A stretch of 64,000 nucleotides of DNA from Chrysomallon squamiferum (lineage: Eukaryota > Animalia > Mollusca), in contig CM022665.1 of the NCBI GenBank assembly GCA_012295275.1, positions 42,408,001 through 42,472,000 of the forward strand, read 5' to 3'. Shown one piece after another: positions 1 through 15,247 of this stretch (positions are counted from its first letter, which is position 1; the number at the start of each line of letters is the position of its first letter). The position numbers and the translations under genes were made by a program. Under the pieces are notes generated by a model, which had not been told where the DNA came from, did no database searches, and saw nothing but the letters and a program-made list of their open reading frames with translations.

Positions 1-1639
1 AGTCCATCTTCATTGAGTAATCTCGTCTCTTGTGTGTCATCTACTTTGATGTTCTCCATTCATCTCAGTCTTGTCATGTTAGTTTTACATAGCTGCTAGG
101 CACAGTCAGGTTTGTCTGTGTGTGTGAATTCATATTTGTATGTGTGTTTTTATCTAGAGGAGTATGAATGTATGTTTGTATGTGTATATACTTTTTATGT
201 ACATCTGTAGGTTTGTGTGTGTGTTTGTTGTGTATTTATCCATGTTTCTGTATGTGTGTGTGTTTAGAGCACAGAAGTATGAGTGTACATGTACCTGTAG
301 ATTTCTTTTGTATGTGTGTGTGTTCTTTCTATAGGTATACATGAGGAATATTGTGTCTTAAACTTACGTACAACTTTGTTACATACAGAATACTGAAAAT
401 GTGTATTTAAAAGAAATATCTGAATGTGTGACATCAGTAAAAGACACAAAAAGAAATGTTGCTAGAGCAGCAAGGGATCTTTTAGACTGACTTTCAGCAG
501 CCCGTGTGTTGGTGGGTGACAGAGAGAACTGAGCCCAGTGAGTGCACAGAGGTCATCCAGTCTGGTGACTCTTCTCAGACAGCTCTTTGATCACTAACAC
601 AGATTCTAATCTAAAATAAACTTGTCACATTATCACTCTAATGCTACAGGGTTTCCCTTCACCTCGTTTGATCATCACTTTTATTGTTTTAATCCTACAG
701 GTGAGAGAGAGAGAAAGAAAGAAAATAGTTGAAGGTAAAAATATACCTGCTAGTAATGTTCACAGTTTGATCCAGTTACTTCAGAGATTAGTCATCACTG
801 TCCAGGTTAAAAGTGTTTTAGAAGTTAGTTTAATAATTTTTCTGTTTTTATTATTTTTTTTATTTTTTTTTTTATTATTATTATTACCAGAGAATGGGAG
901 TTTTTATAAACTCACTGATGAAGACAAGAAACACATACCAATGATTTTTGATAAACTGGTCAAGGACTACTGAATGAATAACTATTTTACACCAAAGTTC
1001 TATACCCAAAGTACTTTGATCATTTTTGTTACCAAAAAACTTGGTTAATTCTACCCTGTTTCAAGAGAAAACAATTTAATGTCAAAAGGTTCTGTGATCA
1101 TTTTGTTTTAGAAAGACCATGGTTTGTGCTGTCTTGGTCCTTGAGTAAAATCTTTAGTCCAAAGTTCCGTGATCATTTTTGTTCCTGAAAAACCTTGGTT
1201 AGTGTTACCCTGGTCCATGAGAAAATCCTGTAACAGTGAACCAGTTAAGTCTTGTGTTATTTTGGTTGGCAGCTGTCTGATTACTGTGTATTGCATAACA
1301 AGCTGAAAAAAAAAACCTTGCGCTTGAACCCACCATAAGCTGGAAACTAAGCAGGCCAGTTATCAGTATAATTAGCTAACAGAGCTTCTGGATGATTCTT
1401 TTATCTTTCGTGTCCATTTATCCTGACCAGAATGTTTGCCAAGTCTGAAGACTTTTCTCTGTTTATTCACTTGCACTGGTTTGATTGACTGGCCAACCGT
1501 TACAGCGAGATCCTGGCAGCAAGCCACAGAATTCCTAGCAGCAGCAGCAGAAAGCTGATCTTAACTTCTGCACCGACAGTCAGGCTATCAGTCTAGGAGG
1601 AAAATAAATGTGTTTTGTGTTGAAGGAATGATCCATCTT

Positions 1640-1679
<40 letters not shown>

Positions 1680-2334
1680 TGTGTCTGAGTGTATCTGTGC
1701 CTATGTGTGTGTGTCTTTGTGTGTGTCTATCTGATTGTGTGTGTGTCTGTGTGTGTGTATCAGTGAGTGTGTATGTGTGAGTAGGGAAAAGGATTTGTAG
1801 TTCAGAGGTAGTGTCTAAGATTACTGCTCATTCCAGCCAGTTTTCTGTGACTGGTTCATTAAAGTTGATGGTATGTGGTGTCACGCCTCAAAAAGATTAT
1901 AATAATAATTTAAATGCAGTTAAGGAAAATCATTGTTTGGTTTTTAATGTTACAAGTTTGACACCTTTGTTTAAAAACTGTCAATGGATAATCTTGAATG
2001 TCATTCAGTAATCTCTGTCAATAAATCTATTAAAAAACATTTGTCATTCTAACTGAAATGAAACAAAATCCTTACATTATTGTATTAATATAACATTATA
2101 TCTATGCTATCAGTTATTTTTAGAGTAATCTAAAACAGCATAATTTATTTATTTATTCATTCATTTATTTGTTTATTATTGCAAAGTTACTTTTCCACAG
2201 ATTTTATTGCTTTAGCACAAAGAATGTGTTCTTGTTGTTGTATCAGACAAAGGGTTGTTTCAGGCTGAGTTCAACATGGTCAGTAGAGAGGGTCTGTGTA
2301 AAAGACGTGTTAATGGGGTTGAGAATTTCCTGAT

Positions 2335-2475
2335 GATAATAATAGTAATAGTAATAATAATAATAACAATAATAATAGTAATAGTGATGGTAATAATAAT
2401 AATAACAATAATAATAGTAATAGTGATGGTGATAATAATAATAATAACAATAATAATAGTAATAGTGATGGTGAT
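2335..2475. repeat. (ATA/GTA/GTG) compound trinucleotide repeat
   Basis: Direct reading; explains ORFs 2255-2638 and 2310-2555. Confidence 0.9.
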
Positions 2476-3929
2476 GTGTTTAGCTTGGCACGCCCTGTGC
2501 TGTAACCCGCTTCTCTCTCAGCTGATGGGCACACCAGATAGGCTTTCAGAACCAACTAACTGCCAACAGCTGCACTTGTGCAGAATGGTAAAGGGTGTCA
2601 GAAAAAAAGACCACCTAATACCCTTGGTCTGCCATTAGCAGCGGCTTCTTTGATCTGGTTGGCTGGGCCAGTGATCACCTGACCAAAAAAAATAAAAAAT
2701 AAAAACTATTTTTCTCTGTTGCCAGCCTCGTCAATTGGAAATGGGCCAGGCCAATAGACTAGCCACTGCAGTAGTGTTAGAGAGAGAAAAAAAAGAGAAA
2801 AAAATTGAAGAAAAAGATAAAAATAAAAAAATGTATAAAAAGTTTTAAAAATAAGAAAGAAGAAAAATAGGCCTGTTATATGTATTACCTTTTTTCCTTC
2901 CCAAAATACTTATCATTTTTGGAAATCAGTGGAGAAAATTCTCAACAGTTTGTTAACTTTAAGTTAAGTAAGGGCAGTCACTCTATTCTTTTTTTTTTTT
3001 TAATTTTTTTTTTAAATTTTTTTTAAAAAAAAAGAGAGAGAGAAAAAAGACCTAAAAAGTTGCAATCTATTCCTTTCTTGTCATTTAGTATCTGCATGTG
3101 TACATGTTTCAGTTAAGGATCAGTTAGGTCGCAGGTTTTAATTCCAGACACGCCATTCTGCAGTCTATCAGAGCAGAAGGCAAAAAAAACCACACAAAAC
3201 TTAAACGTTTTAATTTTGTCTGCACAAATTTCTACAGGAGCCCAAGTTAAAACAAATCTAATCCAAACTGAATAACAACGATGAGAAATAATTCAAACAC
3301 ACCTTCGTTTGTGTTTTGTTGTTGTGTGTATTTTTTGTTTGTTATGTAAAACATGTCAAAACATTTGCATGTGCATATATCAGTAACTGATCTTTCTTGC
3401 TGTAGACTTCAGACATGTAGGTCGAAGGTTATTTGTATATTTTAGTAACAGATCTTCTGAAAAAGCCCATTCTGTAATGATCTTTTTAGTGAAACAAATG
3501 CCTTGCTATATCAGATACACTCATCAATTAATGTCAAATGTTAACAGATATGTGCAAAATATGCTCCCGTATATAAATACACAAACATATAAAACATATC
3601 TATATGTACATATCTATATACACATATCTACATACACATATATATTGCATGTGTAGAAATATGTATATAAAAAGACTGATATTCACATTTTCTCATATTT
3701 GTATATACGTACATGCATGCATACACTCATGCACACTTGTAAGCACACCAGTATACACACACAGAGACACACATACACACACACTATCTGTCTATCTATA
3801 TAGATAGACAGATAGATAGATATACATACAGCTATACAGTTTATTAATGGGAGTAATGAAAACAGATTCGTAATTGTATTCAATGATTAATTTTGTTTTT
3901 ATTCATTTTTAAAAGAAATCTTATACATT

Positions 3930-4625
3930 ACTTATTCTTGATGTTAAATAACAATGTATGTTATCTAATTATAACTAACAGAGAATGCAGGAAGATAGGT
4001 TTTTTTTATGTTAAAAAACAAAATACACGCTTCATTAACAGGAGTTAGGAAGATACATTTTATTAATGATAAATAGCAACACTTTTAACAGGAGTTTAGC
4101 AAGATGAGCTTTTCTTAATGTTGAATGTAAACTTTATTAACATGGAATCTAGCAAGCTCAGTTGTTTTTAATGTTTGAATAACAAAATATAGACTTCTCA
4201 TCAACAGAGAAACAGTGAAGATAAATTTTCTTAACACTGAATGACAAAACACATACTCTTTACTAAGATAAGTTTAGCAAGATAAGTTTTGTCTTAATGT
4301 TGAATAACAAATTGTATACTTTTCACCAACAGATACATTTTTCTTAATGTTAAATAACAAAATATATAATCTATTCTTTATGAACAGATAGCATTTTCTG
4401 AAGATGAATAACAAAATGCATAGTCTTTAATAACACATAGTTTTTCTTGATGTTAAACAACAAAATATGTAATCTATTCTCTATGAACAGATAGATTTTT
4501 TTCTTAAGCTGAATAACAATAAACACACTCTTGAATAACACGTAATTTATTCTTAACATTAAATTAACAAAATACACACTCTTTAATAACACATAATTTA
4601 TTCTTAACATTAAATTAACAAAATG
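3930..4625. repeat. Degenerate ~55-65 bp tandem repeat
   Basis: Recurrent ttttcttaatgttaaataacaaaat core. Confidence 0.65.
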
Positions 4626-5104
4626 CATGTAATCTGTTCGTGGCTGTGAGAGAATCTAGAGAGTTGGTTAACACTGCTGGGCACTATTCCCCCATCTCCA
4701 CACACTGACATGGTTTATATTGATACCACTTCTTTCAGATTGGTCGCCTGATAGCATTTCCACGTTCCACCATCTGTATTTAAATTTCTCTCCATGACAC
4801 TTGGTCATGATAATGGCACACATTTGGAGGGGATGTGTTGTTCCCACACTGATCTGGTTACATGATCTAACAGTGTATTGTTGTGCGGTGTTGTTGTTGT
4901 TGTACATCAAACACAGACCCGGGCTGGAAATAAGGGTAGCAGGCCACAGCCCAGTTTGTACAGAGAGATGTTTGCCTGAGGCACGGCAGTCTGCAGGATC
5001 AGGTCTTGTTGGTTCATCCATTGTGGTTTATTGACAGTTCCACAAGGTTAGGTTATCAAAGGCTGGGCTCTATGCTTTCTTGACTGTGGGAAAAAAAAAA
5101 AAAG

Positions 5105-5410
5105 ATCTCTTGCTATGGGTTAATAATAGTAATAACCTATGATGTGATGTGGTGGCTGCAGGTTTCAGTTCTTAGGTAATGCTATGAAAAAAGACTCCTT
5201 GCTATGGGTTAAAAGAGTAACCTATGATGTGGTATTGGCAGGTTTCAGTTCTTATGTAATGTTATGTGGAAATTGGTGTAAAAGATTCCTTGCTGTGGGT
5301 TAATAAAAGTGACCTATGATATTGTGACAGCATGTTTCTGATCTTAATGTAGAAGACTCCTTGATGTTGTGTAAAAAGAGTAACCTATGATATGACACCA
5401 GGTTTCTGTT
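5105..5410. repeat. Degenerate ~80-95 bp repeat, 4 copies
   Basis: Recurrent ccttgctatgggttaa...gtaacctatgat...ggtttc. Confidence 0.8.
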
Positions 5411-5519
5411 CTAAGAGAGTATCATTGTACATCAGAACTTAATATATATTTGTAATAAATTAACAGAATCATAACTTACCCATTTATAATAAATTGGCAC
5501 ATAAGAACTTGTTATCAGT

Positions 5520-5865
5520 TTGTAATAAATTGGCATTAAAACTAATTATAAATTTGCAATAAGTTAGCACATCATATACTTGTAAACTTGTAATAAACTG
5601 GTACATTAAAACTAATTATAAATTTGCAATAAATTAGCACATCATATACTTGTAAACTTGTAATAAACTGGCACATTAGAACTAATTATAAATTTGCAAT
5701 AAGTTAGCACATCATACACTTGTAAACTTGTAATAAACTGGCACATTAGAACTAATTATAAATTTGCAATAAGTTAGCACATCATACACTTGTAAACTTG
5801 TAATAAACTGGCACATTATAAATTGGTAATGAATTGGCACACCAGAACTAATTATAAATTTGTAA
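5520..5865. repeat. ~66-bp minisatellite, ~4-5 copies
   Basis: Unit aactaattataaatttgcaataagttagcacatcatatacttgtaaacttgtaataaactggcacatt. Confidence 0.92.
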
Positions 5866-7617
5866 CATATTGACACATCTGAACTTGTCATAAATAAATA
5901 ACAAATTGGCACATTGAAGACTACTGCATGTTTTGATTTAACATTAAAAAGTGTGGAAGCCTGTATTAAAAACAACACATTCATTTGAAGTTAGGTCACT
6001 TTAGCTTTGGGCTATTTTATCTGAGTTCAACATGTTTTTATGTTATGCCATGTTGCTAATGGCTGCATCATATCTCAAACTTAGATGTGGCTAATGATGG
6101 CTGCTGTGTTTTGCTGTTTATGTTCAGGGGCAGAGCAAAAGGGCAGGAGGGGGAGGGGGAGGTGGAGGGGTGATTTACCTCTGTTCTGATTGAGTAAATT
6201 TGAAAGAAAAGTAAAAAATCCTGAAGTAAAATGTGTTTGTAAATGGTGGGTGAAAATACGTTAATTTGTAACTGTGTACGAAATGAACACAGCACTATTA
6301 GTATTTTGTTATTATCATTATCACCATCTATGTAATCTTCATTTGTTGTCTTTATCATCATCATTGTTTATTATTATTATTATTATTTGTAACAACAGCA
6401 TAAGCAACACCAACAACAACAACAATAATAATAATATTAATAATAATAATGATGATGACGATGTTGGTGGTGATTGTGATGATGATGATGATGATGATGA
6501 TGATAATAATAACTAATAACAATAAAAAAAAAAAATAAATAAATAAATAAATAAATAAAATAAAAGACAAAAAACAGCTACAGTAGTTATACGTGCAATG
6601 CATCAATTACTGCTGAATGTCCCATCAACAGAATACATATCGTGTGATCAATATATATCTATTGACAACCCGATGAAAAGAACATTGATCATTTCTGTTA
6701 CCTTCAGTGTTACAGCCTGTCTGATAAACTTAGCAAAAGGTTTCATAAAACACACATACAGTGGATGCACAGACAGATAACAGATAATATACTGTTATAT
6801 ACAGTGTTTATTAATCAGAGAAACAGACAGATGATGGGTGATAATACACAGATACAGAGTTTATTAACTGGATAGGTAGATAGATATTGTTCAGTACTAC
6901 ACAGTTAGAGGTAGTGCATATTAATGAAGGTAATATAAAATATTACATAATTACATACAGCAAGATATTGTATTTAATAACTGGATGGATAGTTACAAAG
7001 ATAATATTTGATAATATACAGATGTGGTGTTTGTTAATTGGCTAGTGAGACAGATATATAAATTTTGATAGTACACACAGGTAGATGATATACAGTGTTT
7101 ATTAATTAGATAAACAGGTAGATAACATTTGATAGTATACAGTTAGATATGATTTTATTTTAATTGGATGGATAGATGGACAGATAAATAGATAATTAAT
7201 ATACATTTAAATAACCTCTTAATGGATAGATAGAATTGTCATAATATATACAGAATCATTATGTTGACTAGGTAGCATTAACAAAAATGTTTTATAAACT
7301 ATAGCCTAAAATTACGTTTATTAGTCTGATAGAAAGATAGATATGTAGATTTTAATCAGGTATTTTATTAAACTGAGAGATGGATCTGTCTTAATTAATA
7401 TTTTATAATGTAAACAAAATGTTGATTGATAGTTACATTTCTCACAACATACAGTTTTCTTATTAATTTGATAAACAGAGTGAAAGTAACAGAAGTGTAT
7501 AAATATATTATAAATCTGAACAGATGAATAATTAATGTAAAATATTTATTTTATAATACAAGGTGATACCTAAGGAAGTAAGAATATTAGGCACACACAC
7601 ACACACACCAACAATCA

Positions 7618-7676
7618 TAGATAGATAGATATGTGTATATGTATATATACATATATATATATATAGATAGATAGAT

Positions 7677-7733
<57 letters not shown>

Positions 7734-7792
7734 TATATATATATATATACATATATATATATCTATAGATATATAGATATATATATATAGAT
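7618..7792. repeat. (AT)n/(AGAT)n microsatellite
   Basis: Direct reading. Confidence 0.95.
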
Positions 7793-7934
7793 AATAATAC
7801 ATTTGACAATATGTAATTCAGTCAGTTATGTTGGCATAACGTAGTGAGGAACAAATAATATTTGAAATATATATTACAGCTATTATTATAATTTTTAATA
7901 ATGTACTGGCACTTTAGGTTTTAAATAAATATGT

Positions 7935-7971
<37 letters not shown>

Positions 7972-8189
7972 TATTAAGAAGGATTAGGTTGTAATTATAT
8001 TTCTTTCATTTTCTGTCACATCTGTTTCATTAATCCATTTGTTGAAATTTTGCTTTTTAACAAAAAAAAATAATAATAATAAAATGATTTCCAGTTCATG
8101 AAACTTCAGTAGGCAGCTGTCTGATATTTCTCTTTGATAATAATGTTGCTAACATAAAAGACTCTAATCCACACAAAGAAAAGCTGACC

Positions 8190-9190
8190 TGTGGTCATAA
8201 TTAGGACAAATTAGTCTGACCACTGTCAACAGTTATTTTATTTTTTTCACAATGGTCATTGTGCTGGACATTACATTCTGGACAGCAGTGTCCAGTTCTC
8301 CAGGGACAGCCCTCTCAATCCTGTCTGCCCTGTATTCGCTAGGGTCACTGACATTTCTATAGACTGACCAGTGTGGTCAAGCAATTGAAATTAAGTATTG
8401 GCCAATGCAGTCAAGCTATACAAATAAAATATTGACCAGTGTGGTCAAGCCAACTATATTAAGGATGAACCAGTGGTCAAGAAGTGCATGTTAAATATTA
8501 AACAAGTGGACAAGTTGACCAAATTAAATAGTGACCAGTGTAGCTTGGCCAATCCATATTGAAAATCTGTCAAAATTAAGATTTAACCAGAATGGTCAAG
8601 CCTTACAAATTAAATATTAACCAGTGGTCAAGTCTTCCAAATTAAGTATTAACCAGTGTGGTCAAGCCATCTGGATTAAGTATTGACCAAAGGGTAAAGT
8701 TTTCCAAATTAAGTATTAACCAGTGTTGTCAAGCCATCTAGATTAAGAGATTAACCAAAGGGTAAAGTTTTCCAAATTAAGTATTAACCAGTGGTGTCAA
8801 CCGTAGAAATCAATTATTGGCCAGTGCAGTTAGACTGTCCTCATTGTTTTAACCAATGTGATCAAGCCATCAACATTAATCTCCAGCCAGTGTGGTCAAG
8901 CTGTATTGACCAGTGGAGAAGCACTTTGGGTGACACTCAGTGTAGAAATCAATGTTCTGCAGTCGTCCAGTGAGGAGAAGGTTTTCTCTGTGATCTGGTG
9001 TCAAGTGGTGGAGGCGTGTAATTGACGGGGATTAAATTATAGCTTCTCACTCCTCACAGGATTAACTCCTTGAGCTGAGCAGATCCAATAGTATTTAGTG
9101 CTGTTTGTCATTGTTTGGTCATTTGTTTGACCATTGTCCAGATAATTATTAAGGAGTGGTCATTACTGTTGCAGATGTTTGCTGACCACT
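8190..9190. promoter_or_regulatory. Intronic cluster of TGACCA/TGGTCA motifs, partly within a degenerate ~33-bp minisatellite (8365-8915)
   Basis: 20 exact hexamers counted by eye in ~1 kb. Unit approximately aaattaagtattgaccagtgtggtcaagcc. Function is inferred. Confidence 0.45.
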
Positions 9191-9222
9191 CCGGTAATGA
9201 CTGCAGACTTCATTTGTTGCTG

Positions 9223-9490
9223 GGTTTTCTTGTTTGTGTTTCCATGGTGTTGTTTAAAAGTATTTGAGTTATATCTGTGTCTGTATATAGGTTTTCTTGT
9301 TTGTGTTTCCATGGTGTTGTTTAAAAGTATTTGAGTTATGTCTGTGTCTGTATATAGGTTTTCTTGTTTGTGTTTCCATCGTGTTGTTTAAAAGTATTTG
9401 AGTTATATCTGTGTCTGTATATAGGTTTTCTTGTTTGTGTTTCCACGGTGTTGTTTAAAAGTATTTGAGTTATATCTGTGTCTGTATGTG
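9223..9490. repeat. 67-bp minisatellite, 4 copies
   Basis: Unit ggttttcttgtttgtgtttccatggtgttgtttaaaagtatttgagttatatctgtgtctgtatata, near identical. Confidence 0.95.
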
Positions 9491-11149
9491 GGTTAAAAAG
9501 AAAATGTAAATGTGGATGTACTGTTCTAAAATTTATGGGTTTTGTTAACTTTTATGAAGATGGTTCTCCAGATTAAAAAACCATCACATGTTACGTAAAT
9601 GTTTCAATACATATATAACCAACAACTCTGGTTTATTTTTGGTTAATGTTGTTTGTTTATTCATTTGTTTTGTTGTGAGGGGGGAATAGTTTGTTATAAA
9701 TTTTAAAAAATAAAACAATGAAAATAACTGATATTTTATTTATGTTTGACTGTTTCTTATATATTGGATTCTGAAAATTTAAAATTTTGTTTCTTGCATA
9801 TCGATTGTACGATGTTTAACCAATATTTTCTTGTGCACAGACACACACAACACACACACACACACACACAGACATTAGCTGTTGTGACATGTTGTTAATA
9901 GTTACTGATAAACTCAGTGAGCGGAGAGCTAAAGTGAGTAAATTAAACATGATTTGTTTGCTTTCGTGTCATCGTCCAACAGACTGCTATAAAAGACATT
10001 TCAAAATGGCCACCGATGCAGAATTCCTGCTTGTAGAGGATTCCTCTGAAGTTCCAATAAATTAACAGGTGATGTCAGTGAGGACAGAGTGGTGACATTC
10101 TTCTCACCTTTCTGTGGGATCGTTACAGGTGTATTGTCTACTCTGCATTTTAAAAAAAATGTTTTTCTATGACAGAGAGAATGGGTCCAGCAGACTTTGA
10201 AAAGGAAATTGTAGTCACATACTGCATGGATTATTCAAAACAAGCCAGTTCACTTTAAAAATGAAATCATAAAGATTTTTTTTTTTTTTTTTTGGTGAAA
10301 TTAATGGTTATATTGTTGTAAGATTAAAGTAAAAATTTTTTATTATTATTATTTTTTATTTATTTTTTTATCATTTTATTTATTTTTTTTTTTTTGTGAA
10401 ATTAATGATCATAATATTGTTGTGAGATTAATGATAAATAATTTTATACATTTAGCTTCGTGAAAGTGAAGAAAAAAAATTGTAATTTAGATTAAAATAT
10501 TTTATTAAGATCTAAAATAAAAGAAGAAGAATGATAACTGAATGGTCTATACGTAATTTATAAAAAGATAATGGTTTAAATATCAATTTTTCATTTTGTT
10601 GCAGTTAATCACCTTTAATCCAAAACATGTGGTAGGAAACATGAAATTTCTCATTTCTGATCAGGGCAGAGGATTTTGATTCCATTAGATTTTCTTTTAT
10701 AATTATAATATTGTTGTTGTTAAAAATTCACACATGCTTCTCACAATCTACATAAAACCCAGATTTACAGGTTTTCAAACAGTGCAGACATTTAACCCAA
10801 ACTGAAAATCAATCTCAGCTTTCATATTTTTACCTTACCTAATACCTTTGTGTGTGACAACATTTCTCTATTACCTACCTCCCCCTCACCTGCTTCCTCC
10901 CTCCCCCCAGTACTGCATCTGCTTGCACTGGGCTGCAGACCTCACCTTGCAATGCGTGAGTACTTGTTTCTCTGCCAGGTATTAAGGATCAATGCTTGTG
11001 TCATGTGTTCACGATGGCACAAAGGACGATTCAGCCGTCACGCGAGTGGACAGATATGGGTGCAGTCGTCGTTACATCATGCGACGATTTCAGGAGACGT
11101 ATTGATCATCGTCAACGTCGGAAATTGATTTTACACTTCGTCATGACGG

Positions 11150-12430
<1,281 letters not shown>

Positions 12431-12846
12431 GTGGGTGTAATGATAAAATGAAATCAACATGTACAGCTGTGAAGATGTTAAATTGTTTGACTATATATAT
12501 ATATATATATACATATATACATACATACATACACATATGTATGTATGTATTTATATGTATATGTATCAGTAATACTAATACAACGTACACAGACTGTTTC
12601 AAAGTAATAATAGTATCAGTACAATAGCTGCTACCAGTTCAGATAGATTTAAGAAACCAGTGTATTTTTTACAACAAGCAAGATGGTGCATACCATACTG
12701 TTAATATAACAAAAGTGAATTGATTTGAAGCTACAAGGCTTAAGCCTGGATGTCAGAATGACATTGAAATAATGTCTTGAGTAGCAAAAACAGAGAATGT
12801 ATTCCAATAACCAGCTTCAACCAGAGCTAAATAGAGAGGTTTAATA

Positions 12847-13003
12847 TCTCTACAACACAGTTCTCTACAACACAGTTCTCTACAACACAGTTCTCTACAA
12901 CACAATTCTCTACAACACAGTTCTATCTACAACACATTTCTCTACAACACAGTTCTCTACAACACAATTGTCTACAACACAGTTCTCTCTAACACAGTTC
13001 TCT
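12847..13003. repeat. 15-bp minisatellite, ~10 copies
   Basis: Unit ttctctacaacacag. Confidence 0.93.
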
Positions 13004-13489
13004 ATAGCAGACATTCTTACAAACAAGCAAATAATCAACCTAAACTACATAATCATGGCACATGATACATGTGCTAGTGTGATAATTTGATAAGTTGACT
13101 TATTGAAATAATGAAAAAACAACAATAAAACATCTTTTTTAAACAATATAATATTTCTAAATTGTTTTCATTGAATAATAATAATAATCAACATCTGTTG
13201 TTGTTTTTTTCCCCTATTTCTTGGAGAAGTGAGAAGGTCCTGAAATGAGAATGTTGTTTATTTGTGTACAGAAAATAATTACGTTGGGCGAGAAAAGAGC
13301 CAAGAAAGAGAATCTGTTGTGAACTGTTTTTCCTGGCCACCAGAATAAGAAACTTCAAACGAACCGTGGACTGCCCTGCTGGCTGCTGCCCTACTTCTCT
13401 TTTTAAATATATATACATTTTTTTTTTTTTTCACCAGTATACATTCCCACATGGCTAGAATGTTTTGAGTGAGAATTGTTGGCATCTGT

Positions 13490-13529
<40 letters not shown>

Positions 13530-14042
13530 ACACACACACAGAGAACCTGACTGGCGCACACAACACACGCAACCTGATAATGACAGCCAGCCTGGTCTCT
13601 CTTACTCCGGTCCAATCACGGCTTCCACCTCACTTGACCTCCCCTGGTATTCATGTGCCAGTGCGGTGATTAGGCCCAGGCTTGGCTCCGGCAGATGGAA
13701 GTGATCAGGTTCCTGCAGCTCTCAGACCCCCCAATTAAACAGACTTGGCAAAAAGTTGGACACTTTCCTTGCTTGATTGACTAGGAATGTGTTCTCATGG
13801 CTTCCACCCTATGGGACTTTTATATCATCTTCGGTTCACTTTTTTTTTTTTTTTTTTTTTTTTTACACTCGAGATACTGGTGTGTTTGTGTAAATGGATG
13901 ATATATGCTGGGGCCAGAGGGTGGGGTGGGGGGGCTAGAATAAAAAAAAAAAAAAAAAAAAAAAAAATGTGTAGCTTGGAGCAAGGGTGGTTCCTGTCAC
14001 TCACAACTATTCTTGGTTTATATTGAAGTCTGACAAACTGTT

Positions 14043-14323
14043 GTTGTGCTTATATATTGTTGTATGTTGCTGTGGTTATATATTGTTGTATGTTGCTGTG
14101 GTTATATATTGTTGTATGTTGCTGTGCTTATATATTGTTGTATATTGCTGTGGTTATATATTGTTGTATGTTGCTGTGGTTATATATTGTTGTATGTTGC
14201 TGTGGTTATATATTGTTGTATGTTGCTGTGGTTATATATTGTTGTATGTTGCTGTGGTTATATATTGTTGTATGTTGCTGTGGTTATATATTGTTGTATG
14301 TTGCTGTGGTTATATATTGTTGT
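14043..14323. repeat. 26-bp minisatellite, ~11 copies
   Basis: Unit gctgtggttatatattgttgtatgtt; explains three overlapping ORFs. Confidence 0.95.
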
Positions 14324-14496
14324 TTAAAAGTGCTGCTCTCTTATCAGTAGATACTTTTGAAATATGACTGGTAAAGAAAGAGGAATGTGTAAAGTGAATT
14401 TGTGGAATACTGTTACACTCTGTGGAAATCACAGCTTATGTAATATTAGAGAAAGTAATGTTAAATATTGCAGAATGTGATTGTACTGATTAAATA

Positions 14497-14563
<67 letters not shown>

Positions 14564-14564
14564 C

Positions 14565-14595
<31 letters not shown>

Positions 14596-15231
14596 TTAAT
14601 AACAACATCAACAGTAATAAAAATATATTAGAATTGTTATAATACTATTAGCTGACATTTATGAATTTTTTCATTTCTTAATTGTTAGCTACATTTGTCT
14701 TTTTTCATTTCTTTGTTCTTTCATCTGTCTTGCCAGTTCTTTGTCTTTCATTCATTCATTATATTCTCTCTCTCTCTCTCTCTCTCTCTCAAACACCAAA
14801 AGAAGAATTTAACTGTCCTTGTATTTACTATATTTAAATATCAGAATAACAATTCAGTCAATCCCAAAACAACTTTGAAACAAGTTAAAAACTTTTTAAA
14901 AAAAAAAACCAGTAACTAATTTGCAAACACTTTATATAATTACAGTCTAAAAAAGAATAAAAAAAACAAAAAAAATCACACCTCCATAAAACGTACATTT
15001 AAGTTCTAAACCCATTTCCCCAAACACTTTTTCAACATCGGCTACATCTGAAGAGTGGTGATGATGGTTTGGAGGGGGTTGGGGGAGAATCGGGAGGAGG
15101 AGGGAGACGAACGTGCAGCCTGTGCACCTCTTGGAGCAAGTGGCACTGCCCGGGGTGGGGCAGACGGGCAGGGGGGTGTTGGCGGGGACTGGGGTCGTGT
15201 TACCGGCAGCCCAAGTTAGGCAATAACTTGA

Positions 15232-15247
15232 ATGACATCAGATACAG
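15232..15247 (+). CDS. Candidate alternative first coding exon of BCL11 (MTSDT + G, phase 1)
   Basis: ATG ACA TCA GAT ACA G|gtaaga is a strong donor whose phase matches the 20376 acceptor, giving MTSDTEPSKFVC. An in-frame TGA lies immediately upstream, within a GC-rich island. No transcript evidence. Confidence 0.45.

Noticed and set aside
641-973. 110-aa ORF ending KLVKDY
   Set aside because: Crosses low-complexity T-rich sequence; no recognisable family or convincing exon structure.
9980-10135. Possible BCL11 internal exon (ATGGCCACC..., cag|gt)
   Set aside because: The ATG frames stop early, the donor is weak, and there is no similarity to the BCL11 N-terminus.
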